64,000 nucleotides of DNA from positions 1 through 64,000 of the forward strand of contig JACPVJ010000021.1 in NCBI GenBank assembly GCA_016191785.1, given 5' to 3'. This DNA is from Myxococcales bacterium (GTDB taxonomy: Bacteria > Myxococcota_A > Polyangia > Polyangiales > Polyangiaceae). Within the stretch, counting starts at the first letter, position 1. Each line of letters begins with the position of its first letter. Positions 28,173-38,400 of the stretch are shown piece by piece. The notes beneath the pieces were generated by a model. The model worked only from the letters and a program-made list of their open reading frames with translations. It ran no database searches and was not told the origin of the DNA. The position numbers and the translations under genes were made by a program.

Positions 28173-29496
28173 GCGCGTGCCTCCTCGTCACCGAGCGCGC
28201 GGACCGCCGCAGCGAACCGGTTGCCGCGATCGACGTAGTCCTTGAACATGTCGTAGCTCGAGCAGGCGGGAGAGAGCAGGACCGCGTCGCCCGGTTGGGC
28301 CAAGCCCAGTGCGACCTGGACCGCTTCGGCCATGCTGCCCGCGCGTGCCACCGGCACCGCTCGACCCACCGCGTCGGCGATCCGATCGGCGGCCTCGCCG
28401 ATCACCACCACGGCGCGACCCTTCTCTGACAGGGCGTCGGCCAGGGGCTGGTAGCTGCCGAGCTTGTCGCGACCGCCGGCGATCAGCACGGCGCGCGCTT
28501 CTTCCAACCCGCGGAGGGCGGTCACCGCCGCCCCCACGTTGGTGCCCTTCGAGTCGTCGTAGAAGCGCACCCCGGAGACCTCGCGGACCAGCGCCATGCG
28601 GTGGTGGAGCGGGGAAAACCCGCGGAGCCCCGCCTCGATGGCCGGGCGCCCGAGCCCCAGGGCACGCACCGCGGCGATGGCCGCCGCGGCGTTCTCGAGG
28701 TTGTGCCGACCGTAGAGGTCCACGCCCTCGAGCGAGAACTCCTCGGCGGTCGCGCGCTCGATCACGCTTCGACCACGAAGGGCGTAGTCGCCGTCGCCGC
28801 CGAAGGTCACCACCTTGCCTCGGCCGCGGCGGGCTTGCCGCTCACACGCCGCGTCGCCCCACGGGACGACCGCGACGTCGCCCTCGGCCTGGTTGACGAA
28901 GGCGTTGCCCTTGGCGTTCGCGTACTCTTCGAAGCTGGCGTACCGGTCGAGGTGGTCTTCGCTGACGTTGAGCAGCACGCTGACCCGGGGGTGAAACGAC
29001 GGCGCGTGCTCGAGCTGGAAGCTCGAGACCTCGAACACCACCACGTCCAGCTCTTGATCGGCGGCCTCGCACGCCGGCGTGCCGAGGTTCGCTCCGGCGA
29101 AAATCCGCTGGCCCCCCGCCCGGAGCATGTCGGCGCACAGGGTGGTCGTGGTGCTCTTGCCGTTGGTGCCGCCCACCGCCAGGATCGGCGCCGCCACGCA
29201 GCGCGACGCGAGCTCCATCTCGCCAATCACCGGCGCACCGGCGCTCGCCACTTCCGAGAGCGGAGGCACGCCGGGCGAGAGCACGATCAGGTCGGCGCCC
29301 GCGAAGTCAACGCCGGCGTGACCCCCCAGGCAGAGCTCGATCCCCAGCTCCCCGAGCTCTCGCGGCAGCTTCTCGGCCGGGGCAGCGTCCGTGCCCAGCA
29401 CGCGAGCACCGCGGCGCTGGCACAGGCGCGCCGCCGCGACGCCGCTCTTGCCGAGGCCCACCACGATCACGCGCTGGTTCGAGAGATCCATGGCCA

Positions 29497-29497
<1 letters not shown>
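28169..29497 (-). CDS. murD: UDP-N-acetylmuramoylalanine-D-glutamate ligase MurD
   Basis: VVGLGKSG; GTNGKSTTT; start MAMDL overlapping the mraY stop (ATGA). Confidence 0.95.
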
Positions 29498-30623
<1,126 letters not shown>

Positions 30624-30627
<4 letters not shown>

Positions 30628-32045
30628 GCTGCCCTGCCTTTCGCCCGCACCAGGCCCTCGACCACACGCTCGGCCCGCACGCCCCGCGAGGCCTTGACCA
30701 GCACCACGTCGCCGGCACGGAGCACGGCCAGGAGCGCGGCCAGCGCTTCGTCGGCGTCCTTGGCGAAGGTGCAGCCGGCCGCGCTCGCCAGGTGCGCCGC
30801 GTCGCCGCCCACCGCGATCAGCCCGTCGGCGCCCATCCCCAAAAGCGCCCGCCCCAGCTCGCGGTGCTCGCTCACGCTCAGGGCACCGAGCTCGCGCATC
30901 TCGCCGACCACCAAGAGCAGTCGCGCGCCGCGCTTGTCGGCGATCTCTCGGGCGGTCTGCGCCGAGCTGAGCACGCTCGCCGGATTGGCGTTGTAGCTGT
31001 CGTCCACCACCACGCTGCCGTCCAGGAGCTCGATCGGGCAGAGCCGTTGAGCCTCGCCTGCGCCGAGCGCGGCGAGCCCGCTCTCGATCACCGCTGCCGG
31101 CAGCGGTCCGCCTACGACGCGCTCGGTGACCGCCAGCGCCGCAGCCAGCGCCAGGGCTCCCGGCGCGCCGAGAAGCCCGGTCACCACCCGCACCGGCGCC
31201 CCCGTGGGCCGCGCGATCTCGACCCGCGAACGGTGCAGATCGAGGGGCTCGCGTGCGACGACCCGATAGTCGGCCGACGGCCCGCTGCCGTAGCGGACCT
31301 TGTGTTTCGCCGGCGAGAGCTCGAGGCGCCGCAGCACGCGGGGGTCGTCTGCGTTTCCGACCGCGGTGGCAGCGGGGCCGAGCCGATCGAACAGTGCTCC
31401 CTCTTCGGCGTCGATGGCGTCGATATCCCCGATGCCCTCCGAGTGCTCGATGGCCACCAGGGTGAGCACGGCCACATCGGGCTCGGCGACGCCGGTGAGC
31501 CGCGCCACCTCGCCGGTCTGGTTCGTTCCCAGCTCGACCACGCATTCGTGGTGGGCGTCGGTGAGCCCGAACAGCACCATCGGCACGCCCACCAGGTTGT
31601 TCAGGTTGCCGCGCTCGAAGTGCACGGCGCCGGGGCGCGCCGCGGCGAGCAGCGCCGCGATCGCACCCTTGGTGGTGGTCTTGCCGGCCGAACCGCCCAC
31701 GGCGATCACCGTCTTGCCCCAGCGGCGCCGGTGAAAGCGCGCCAGTGCTCCCAGCGCGTCGAGCGTGTCGGCGACCCGCACGACCGAGGCCCCGGCGGGC
31801 AGCACTGCGTCGCGACTCACCACCACCGCGTGCGCCCCGCGGCCGAGCACGTCACCGACGTAGGCGTGCCCGTCGAAGCGCTCGCCACCGAGCGCGACGA
31901 ACAGCTTGCCTCGAACCTCGGCGCGCGAGTCGGTGACCACGCCGCTCACGACCAAGTGGTCACCGGCGCGGGCGACGCCACCGGTGGCGCGCACCATCTC
32001 ATCGAGGGTGAACGTCGCGCGGTTCTCGGGGATCGGCGTCGCCAT
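30624..32045 (-). CDS. murF: UDP-N-acetylmuramoyl-tripeptide-D-alanyl-D-alanine ligase MurF
   Basis: Mur ligase P-loop GSAGKTTTK; start MATPIPEN overlapping the murE stop. Confidence 0.93.
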
Positions 32046-33571
32046 CAGGCGGCTCCTCCGCCCCGGCGCCGCGCCAGAGCGCGCCGGGCCTCGACGCGAT
32101 CGTCGAAGTCGCGGCGCTCGTTGCCCATGAGCTGGTAGGGCTCGTGCCCCTTGCCCGCGATCAGCACCACGTCGCCGGCAGCGGCGCTCTGCACCGCCCG
32201 CTGGATGGCGAGCGCACGGTCGAGCTCGATGTCGTAGGGGATGCCGTGCGGGGCGAGCCCCGGCACGATTTCGGCGGCGATCGCGCTCGGCACCTCCGAG
32301 CGCGGGTTGTCGTTGGTCACGATGGCCCGGTGCGCCAGGCGCCCCACGGCGTCGCCCATCTTCGGCCGCTTGGCGCGATCGCGATCTCCGCCGCAGCCGA
32401 ACACGCAGGTCACCTCGCCGCTCGTCAAGGCGCGGCAAGTCTCGAGCGCACGCTCCAGGGCGTCTGGGGTGTGGGCGTAGTCCACCAGCACCAAGAGGTC
32501 GTCGTCCGGCGTGTCGCAGCGCTCGAGCCGACCGGGCACGGCGGGAACCGTATCGAGCCGCTGCGCCGCGCGCTCGACGTCGAGCCCGAGCCCCTCGAGC
32601 ACCGCCAAGGCGGCCAGCAGGTTGTCGAGATTGTGCACGCCGACCAGGCGACTGTCGATCTCGACCTGTCGGGACGGAAGCCGCACGGTGCCGCGGATGC
32701 CGCGCGCGTCGAGGGTCACCGCCACCGGGCACACGTCGGCGGCGCCCGGCCGCTTGCTGACCCGCAGCACGGGCGAAGTGGCGCGCTCGGCGACGGTGAC
32801 ACCGAACGGGTCGTCGACGTTGACGATGGCCACGCGCGGGTCGAGCTCGGTGAACAGCCGGAGCTTGGCCGCAGCGTAGGCGTCCATGCTGCCGTGGAAA
32901 TCCAGGTGATCTTGGGTCAGGTTGGTGAAGACCGCCGCCGCGAAGCGGAGCGCCTCGACCCGAAACGAGCTGAGCGCGTGGCTCGAGGCCTCCATCACCA
33001 GGTGCGTGCCGCCCGCGTCGCGCACCCGGGCGACGAAACGCGTCACCTCGTCGGCCTCGGGGGTGGTGAGCGGCGAATCGACCACGTCGCGCTCGAAGGC
33101 GAAGCCCAACGTTCCGAGCCGCCCCGCGCGCCCGCCCGCCGAACAGATGGCTCCCGCTGCCAGGAAGCTGGTGGTGGTCTTGCCGTTGGTGCCGGTGATG
33201 CCGATCACTGCGACCGAGCGCGACGGGTGGTGGTGCACCGCCTCGGCGGCGAAGGCCAGGGCACGCCGCACGTCGCTCACCTCGAGCACCGGCACACCCA
33301 CGTCCGGCAGGGCGCTCCCGCGATCGACCATCACGGCCCGCGCGCCCCGCGCGATCGCGTCATGTACGAAGCTCGCACCGTCGACGCGCCCCCCGGCCCG
33401 GGCGGCGAACAGGTCGCCCGCCTCGACCCGTCGCGAGTCCTGGCGGACGTCCGCCACGCGCACCGACTCATCACCGTGCACCCGCGCGCCCTGCGCGCGA
33501 AGCTCGGCGGCCAGCTCGCCGAGCGTCAGTCCGAGTGCGGGGGTGGCTGAGGTCATCTGGGCCTGGGTCAT
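32045..33571 (-). CDS. murE: UDP-N-acetylmuramoyl-L-alanyl-D-glutamate-2,6-diaminopimelate ligase MurE
   Basis: GITGTNGKTTT; DNPR motif (DAP-specific); start MTQAQM overlapping the ftsI stop. Confidence 0.93.
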   Translation of the reverse strand: MTQAQMTSATPALGLTLGELAAELRAQGARVHGDESVRVADVRQDSRRVEAGDLFAARAGGRVDGASFVHDAIARGARAVMVDRGSALPDVGVPVLEVSDVRRALAFAAEAVHHHPSRSVAVIGITGTNGKTTTSFLAAGAICSAGGRAGRLGTLGFAFERDVVDSPLTTPEADEVTRFVARVRDAGGTHLVMEASSHALSSFRVEALRFAAAVFTNLTQDHLDFHGSMDAYAAAKLRLFTELDPRVAIVNVDDPFGVTVAERATSPVLRVSKRPGAADVCPVAVTLDARGIRGTVRLPSRQVEIDSRLVGVHNLDNLLAALAVLEGLGLDVERAAQRLDTVPAVPGRLERCDTPDDDLLVLVDYAHTPDALERALETCRALTSGEVTCVFGCGGDRDRAKRPKMGDAVGRLAHRAIVTNDNPRSEVPSAIAAEIVPGLAPHGIPYDIELDRALAIQRAVQSAAAGDVVLIAGKGHEPYQLMGNERRDFDDRVEARRALARRRGGGAA

Positions 33572-35649
33572 GAAGCGGGCTCGAACACGAGGGTGACGCT
33601 CGCGCCTTTGTCGACCACCCCGCCGGGCGGAGGCTCTTGCTTGGCCACGAGGCCCGTGCCCGACACGCGGGGCGCGACGCCCAGCTCGAGCATCTGTCGG
33701 ACTGCCGCCCGGGCAGGCCAACCGGTCATGTCCGGGACACGCACCTTGCCCGCCGGCACGGGACCGGTCGCCGCCACGCCCTCTTGCACCGGCGGCTTCT
33801 TGCCCTGCGCCGCGCGCATCATGTCGTAGGCCGCGTTCGCGCGGTCGGGCTTCACCCCCAGAGTGGCCACGTCGACGCGCTCGGACGAGACGCCGCTCAG
33901 CCCCTTGTACTTGAGCGCGGCCTGGGCCACCCGGCGGAAGATCGGCGCCGCCACGGCGCCGCCGGCGTGCTCGACCATGGGTTCGTCCACGATCACGCTG
34001 ATCGCGACCACGGGCTTCTTGGCCGGTACGTATCCCACGAAGCTCGCCATGTACTTGTCCAGGGAGTAACGCCCGGTGGCCGGATCCGTCTTCTGCGCGG
34101 TGGCCGTCTTGCCGGCCACCTGGTAGCCGTCGATCGCCGCTTCGAGTCCGGTGCCCTCGCCTTCCGTCACCGACACGAGCAGCTCGGTGATGGTCTGGGC
34201 GATGCGCTTCTGGATCACCCGACGGCGCACCCGGGGCGACGCTTCACGCACCACGTCGCCGGTCGCGGTGGTGACGCGCTTGATCAAGATCGGATCCATC
34301 AGCTCGCCCCCGTTGGCGATGGCCGCGGCCGCCATCGCCATCTGCAGGTTGGTGACGCTGATGCCCTGGCCGAACGCGGCCGACGCGGTCTCGACCTGCA
34401 CCCAGGGTCGCCCGCGCGGGCGCAGCGTGCCGCTGGACTCGCCGGGCAGCGGCACGCCCGACTCCTGGCCGAAGCCGAAGCGGAGCAGCGACTCGTACAG
34501 CTTCTCGCCGCCGAGCCCCAAGCCGACCTTGGCCGAGCAGATGTTGGACGACACCGCCAGCACCTGGGCGACGGTCAGCCAGCCCGCCGGGTGTGTGTCG
34601 CGGATCACGACGTTGTCGACCGGCATCATGCCCTTCTCGCAGAACAGCTTCTGGTCGGCGGTGATCACGCCGGCCGACAGCCCTGCGGCGATGGTGAACA
34701 TCTTGATCGTCGAGCCGGGCTCGAACACGTCGTTGATGCCCCGGTCGCGCCGCTGCGTGGGCTCGCTGTCGCCGTAGTCGTTGGGGTTGTATCCAGGCCA
34801 GCTGGCTGCAGCGAGGATCTCGCCCGTCCACGGGTCGACGACGATCACGCTGCCGCCCGCCGCCTCGAAGGTGCGCGCTGCGTTCGCCAGCTCGCGCTCA
34901 GCGGTGAACTGAATGCCCTGATCGAGCGTCAGCTCGACGTTGTGCCCGGCCAGGGCCTGCTCGTCCTGGATGCCGTCGGCGAAGAGCAAGCGGCCAGAAC
35001 GATCGCGCAGGCCGCGGAGCTGCTCGACGTGCCCCTTCAGCTCCTGGTTCATGCTGAACTCGAAGCCGTCCTTGCCCTCACCGTCGGGGGCAACGAAGCC
35101 GAGCAAGGGCCCCGCGAGCTCGCGCCGCGGGTAGTAGCGACGCCCCTCGCCCTCGACCACCAAGCCACGCACGGGCTTGCCCCCCGACGCGTCCTTGCTA
35201 CCCAGGGCGCGCACCTTCTCGGCCTCGTCGGCGCTGATCTGGCGCTTGAGCCACGAGAACCTGCGCTTCTGCAGGATCTTGCGCTCGAGCTGGGCCGGAT
35301 CGAGGGAGAGCGCCTGGGCAATGCGGTTGGCCGCGTCGCGTGCCACCACGGGGATCTGCTGCGCCGGAACGTTCCGCAAGAGCTCGACCGCGTCCAGGCT
35401 CACGCTCGGCACCTCGACGCTGACCGCGAGCGCGCTCTTGTTGCGGTCGTAGATCGTGCCTCGCTTGGGCGCGACGTGCAGCCGTCGCTGACGCTGCTTC
35501 TCGGCCAGCTCGCGCCACTCGGCGCCCTGTCCGACCATGAGGTCGTAGCCCGACGAGACGACCACGCCCAGACCGAGCGCGAGCAGACCGCACAGCATCC
35601 CCATCCGGAGACGGATCCAGCGGCCGCGGGGCAGGTCGATGCTGCTCAC
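33568..35649 (-). CDS. ftsI: Peptidoglycan D,D-transpeptidase FtsI (PBP3) with C-terminal PASTA-like domain
   Basis: Transpeptidase motifs STIK, SSN, KTG; C-terminal 60 aa VRVPDMTGWPARAAVRQMLELGV...VTLVFEP fits the PASTA consensus. Confidence 0.93.
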   Translation of the reverse strand: MSSIDLPRGRWIRLRMGMLCGLLALGLGVVVSSGYDLMVGQGAEWRELAEKQRQRRLHVAPKRGTIYDRNKSALAVSVEVPSVSLDAVELLRNVPAQQIPVVARDAANRIAQALSLDPAQLERKILQKRRFSWLKRQISADEAEKVRALGSKDASGGKPVRGLVVEGEGRRYYPRRELAGPLLGFVAPDGEGKDGFEFSMNQELKGHVEQLRGLRDRSGRLLFADGIQDEQALAGHNVELTLDQGIQFTAERELANAARTFEAAGGSVIVVDPWTGEILAAASWPGYNPNDYGDSEPTQRRDRGINDVFEPGSTIKMFTIAAGLSAGVITADQKLFCEKGMMPVDNVVIRDTHPAGWLTVAQVLAVSSNICSAKVGLGLGGEKLYESLLRFGFGQESGVPLPGESSGTLRPRGRPWVQVETASAAFGQGISVTNLQMAMAAAAIANGGELMDPILIKRVTTATGDVVREASPRVRRRVIQKRIAQTITELLVSVTEGEGTGLEAAIDGYQVAGKTATAQKTDPATGRYSLDKYMASFVGYVPAKKPVVAISVIVDEPMVEHAGGAVAAPIFRRVAQAALKYKGLSGVSSERVDVATLGVKPDRANAAYDMMRAAQGKKPPVQEGVAATGPVPAGKVRVPDMTGWPARAAVRQMLELGVAPRVSGTGLVAKQEPPPGGVVDKGASVTLVFEPAS

Positions 35650-36092
35650 TCGGACGGCTCCTCGCCCTCGGGGATCGGGGGTGGCGGCGGCGCAGCACCC
35701 GTCGGGGCCGGTGCGCCCGTCGGAGTAGCCGCCGCGGGCCTGGTGTCCTCTTGGGCGGCCTCGTCGGTCGGAGCCGAGGGCCTCACGGACTGGGCCTCGT
35801 CGTCCACCGGCTGGGCGCCCGCGGGCACGATGCGATCGGGCGTCGGCTCGGTCATGCCGAGCAACGACCGCGCGACCATGTCGACGCGCTCGGGAGTCTT
35901 GTGGCTCGCCAGCTCGAGCTCGAGCACGCGCTTGACCTCCCGCAGCCGCGCGACGTGCGCGTGGGCACGGCCGAGCTCGTAGCCCAGCTCCACGCTACGA
36001 ACTCGCAGGCCCAGGTACAGCACGAACGCCGCGGTGGCGGCCAAGACCGCCAGCGTCCACAGCGTCAAGAAGGGGTTTCGTCGAGGCTTCAC
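35646..36092 (-). CDS. ftsL: Cell division protein FtsL (single TM, coiled coil, Pro/Ala-rich C-terminus). Start chosen at the GTG overlapping the rsmH stop; track ORF extends to 36206
   Basis: Position between rsmH and ftsI. TM LTLWTLAVLAATAAFVLYLGL followed by a leucine-zipper-like helix. Confidence 0.7.
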   Translation of the reverse strand: MKPRRNPFLTLWTLAVLAATAAFVLYLGLRVRSVELGYELGRAHAHVARLREVKRVLELELASHKTPERVDMVARSLLGMTEPTPDRIVPAGAQPVDDEAQSVRPSAPTDEAAQEDTRPAAATPTGAPAPTGAAPPPPPIPEGEEPSE

Positions 36093-37012
36093 GCGGCCCC
36101 CTCTGCCACCCGACGCGCCGCGCGCAGCTTGGCGCTGCGAGCCCGCGGGTTGTCGGAACGCTCGTCCTCGTCGGCCACGATCGGCTTGGCGTTCAGCCGC
36201 TCCCACAGGTCGCGCTCCAGGAAGGCGCGCTTGACCAGCCGGTCTTCCAGCGAGTGGAAGCTGATGATCGCCGCGACGCCGCCCGGGGCGAGCAGCTGCG
36301 GCAGCGCGGCCAGCAAGAGACGCAGCTCGTCGAGCTCGCGGTTCACCGCGATGCGCAACGCCTGGAAGGTGCGTGTCGCCGGATCGATGCCCCCCACGCG
36401 CCGCGGCCCGACGGCACGCACCACGGCGCGGCGTAGATCCAGCGTCGTCTCGAGCTCGCCGGCGGCCAGCGCCTGCTTGATGCAGGCAGCGACGCGGCGC
36501 GAGCGACGCTCTTCACCCAGCTGATAGATGATGTCGGCCAGCTCGTCCTGGCTCACGCGATGAATCAGCTCGCGCGCGGTCTCACCGGCGGTGGGGTCCA
36601 TGCGCATGTCGAGGGGGCCTTCGGTGCGGAAGCTCATGCCGCGCTCGCGGTCCGCCAGCTGATGCGAGCTGATGCCCAGGTCCGCAATCAGCCCCTGAAC
36701 CGGACCGAGCTCACCCGAGCGCAGCCAGTCCGCGACCCCGGTGAACGCAGCGTGCACGACCAACGCGCGCTCCCCGAACCGCGACAGCCGCCGGCTGGCG
36801 GCTTCTACGGCGGAGGGGTCGCGATCGAAGGCGATCACCCGGGCGTTCTGCGCGGCGTCCAAGATGGCTGCGGCGTGACCGCCTCCGCCGGCGGTGACGT
36901 CGAGATAGAGGCCACCACGCTCGGGCGCGAGCGCGTGCACGACTTCCTTCGCCAGGACCGTGACGTGCTCGAAGCTCGGCGTGTCGTCGCTCGTCGTTGC
37001 CACGATCGTCAT
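36089..37012 (-). CDS. rsmH: 16S rRNA (cytosine1402-N4)-methyltransferase RsmH (MraW)
   Basis: SAM-MTase motifs (YLDVTAGGGGH; DLGISSHQLD). Start MTIVATTS overlapping the mraZ stop; the track ORF N-terminal extension was rejected. Confidence 0.93.
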   Translation of the reverse strand: MTIVATTSDDTPSFEHVTVLAKEVVHALAPERGGLYLDVTAGGGGHAAAILDAAQNARVIAFDRDPSAVEAASRRLSRFGERALVVHAAFTGVADWLRSGELGPVQGLIADLGISSHQLADRERGMSFRTEGPLDMRMDPTAGETARELIHRVSQDELADIIYQLGEERRSRRVAACIKQALAAGELETTLDLRRAVVRAVGPRRVGGIDPATRTFQALRIAVNRELDELRLLLAALPQLLAPGGVAAIISFHSLEDRLVKRAFLERDLWERLNAKPIVADEDERSDNPRARSAKLRAARRVAEGAA

Positions 37013-37458
37013 ACCCGGATCTGCTCCATCACCGCCCGCTCGAGCGCGACGCGCTCGTCGTCGGAAAGCGTGAGCTCCGCTTCCCACTTCTCCTTCGCCC
37101 ACAGCTCGACCGTTCGCCCCATGCCCGCCCAGAGCACGTCCTTGGCCAGCGCCACGCGGTCGCGCAGCGCGGGCGGCACCAGCACACGACCCGCCTTGTC
37201 CAGCTCGCACTCCAAGGCGGCAGACACGTACAGCCGGCGGAACCGAACGATGTTCGGGTCGAAGCTCGGGAGCCCGGCGATCTTCTCTTCGAGCTCCTCC
37301 CAGCCGCGCATCGGGTAAAGGTGCAGGCAGGGGTCGAAGAGCGCGGGGGTCAGGATGAAACGCGCGTCGCCCTGAGCGACCAACCCGTCACGGAATCGCG
37401 CCGGCAGGCTGACCCTGCCCTTGGCGTCGATCGAGTGCGCGAACTGTCCTCGGAACAT
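37009..37458 (-). CDS. mraZ: Transcriptional regulator MraZ
   Basis: Tandem DXXXR-type MraZ domains (FRGQFAHSIDAKGRVSLPARFR...; KAGRVLVPPALR); first gene of the dcw cluster. Confidence 0.93.
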   Translation of the reverse strand: MFRGQFAHSIDAKGRVSLPARFRDGLVAQGDARFILTPALFDPCLHLYPMRGWEELEEKIAGLPSFDPNIVRFRRLYVSAALECELDKAGRVLVPPALRDRVALAKDVLWAGMGRTVELWAKEKWEAELTLSDDERVALERAVMEQIRV

Positions 37459-37485
37459 CCTGCGTTGCCACCTGACGGGCGAAGC

Positions 37486-37510
37486 CAACACTTCGCCCCA
37501 CTTTTTCCCA
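37486..37510 (-). promoter_or_regulatory. Putative MraZ operator: three direct repeats TGGGA-N5-TGGGG-N5-TGTTG (minus sense), 28-52 bp upstream of the mraZ ATG
   Basis: Forward strand tccca (37506-37510), cccca (37496-37500), ccaaca (37485-37490) at 10-bp phasing. Matches the TGGGN-N5 spacing described for E. coli MraZ boxes. Confidence 0.5.
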
Positions 37511-37783
37511 CTGACGGTGGGCCGAAACTAGAGGGCTCGAACTCCCCTGTCAACAAGTCGGCCAAGCAGAATCCCAAGGATTCCGCGCACCTATGTGGAT
37601 ACACCCTCCCTACATGCTCGTACGTGCAGTGGTCGAGCAGGGAGCGGCCGTGGGCACCCGGCCACGCCCCTGCGTCCCGAGGGCAACTTTGGGGTTGCTC
37701 AAATGCCCTGGTCTTTCCTAGGTTTGCCGCCCCGAACCCGGGCGGCATGCCTGCTGCACTGGTTTGGAACTCGAAGGCAAAGA

Positions 37784-37987
37784 ATGACCGTCCTCTTCGC
37801 GCTGATCCCGAGCCTGGTCGCCGTGGCGATCTTCGTCGGCACGTTCCGACTGACCCCGCCGCGTCACTCGACACAGTCCCGCAGTCAGCACCGCGCCGTG
37901 GCGCACCGAATGAGCACCGCGATCCGGACCCCTCTGCCCCTCAGCGCAACGCGTCGTGGGGCGACGGCCGAGCAGCTCCAGGCCTGA
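37784..37987 (+). CDS. Possible small membrane protein (67 aa, one TM helix MTVLFALIPSLVAVAIFVGTF), divergent from mraZ
   Basis: ATG preceded by GAAGG; uniformly G/C third positions through the TM segment; otherwise unsupported. Confidence 0.3.
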   Translation: MTVLFALIPSLVAVAIFVGTFRLTPPRHSTQSRSQHRAVAHRMSTAIRTPLPLSATRRGATAEQLQA

Positions 37988-37989
37988 GG

Positions 37990-38400
37990 CTAGAGCGCCC
38001 GGGGCTTCACGTTCAGGTCGACCCACTCGACGATTTCGCCAAGGGTCGTGCCGGGTTTGAAGACCTTCTTCACCCCGGCGCCCTCGAGGCGGGGCAGGTC
38101 GTCGTCGGGCACGATGCCGCCGCCGAAGACGATCACGTCGTTGGCGCCCCGGCCGCGAAGCGCTTCGATAACCGCCGGGAAGAGCGTGTTGTGGGCGCCG
38201 CTCATGATCGACAGGCCGACCGCGTCGACGTCTTCCTGAACCGCCGCGCTGGCGATCATCTCCGGGGTCTGGTGCAGCCCCGTGTAGACGACCTCGAAGC
38301 CGGCGTCGCGGAGCGCCCGTGCCACCACCTTGGCCCCCCGGTCGTGGCCGTCGAGGCCGGGCTTGGCCACCAGGATTCGAACCTTCTGTCGATCGGTCAT
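37990..38400 (-). CDS. Standalone cobalamin (B12)-binding domain protein, methylmalonyl-CoA mutase C-terminal-domain-like, 136 aa
   Basis: DxHxxG motif ([13 protein letters not shown]); Rossmann-like B12-binding fold signature; start overlaps the upstream gene stop (ATGA). Confidence 0.8.
   Translation of the reverse strand: MTDRQKVRILVAKPGLDGHDRGAKVVARALRDAGFEVVYTGLHQTPEMIASAAVQEDVDAVGLSIMSGAHNTLFPAVIEALRGRGANDVIVFGGGIVPDDDLPRLEGAGVKKVFKPGTTLGEIVEWVDLNVKPRAL

Noticed and set aside
36089-37210. Long N-terminal extension of rsmH (373 aa)
   Set aside because: RsmH motifs start after the internal Met at 37012, which forms an ATGA overlap with mraZ like the other junctions. The extension overlaps mraZ out of frame.
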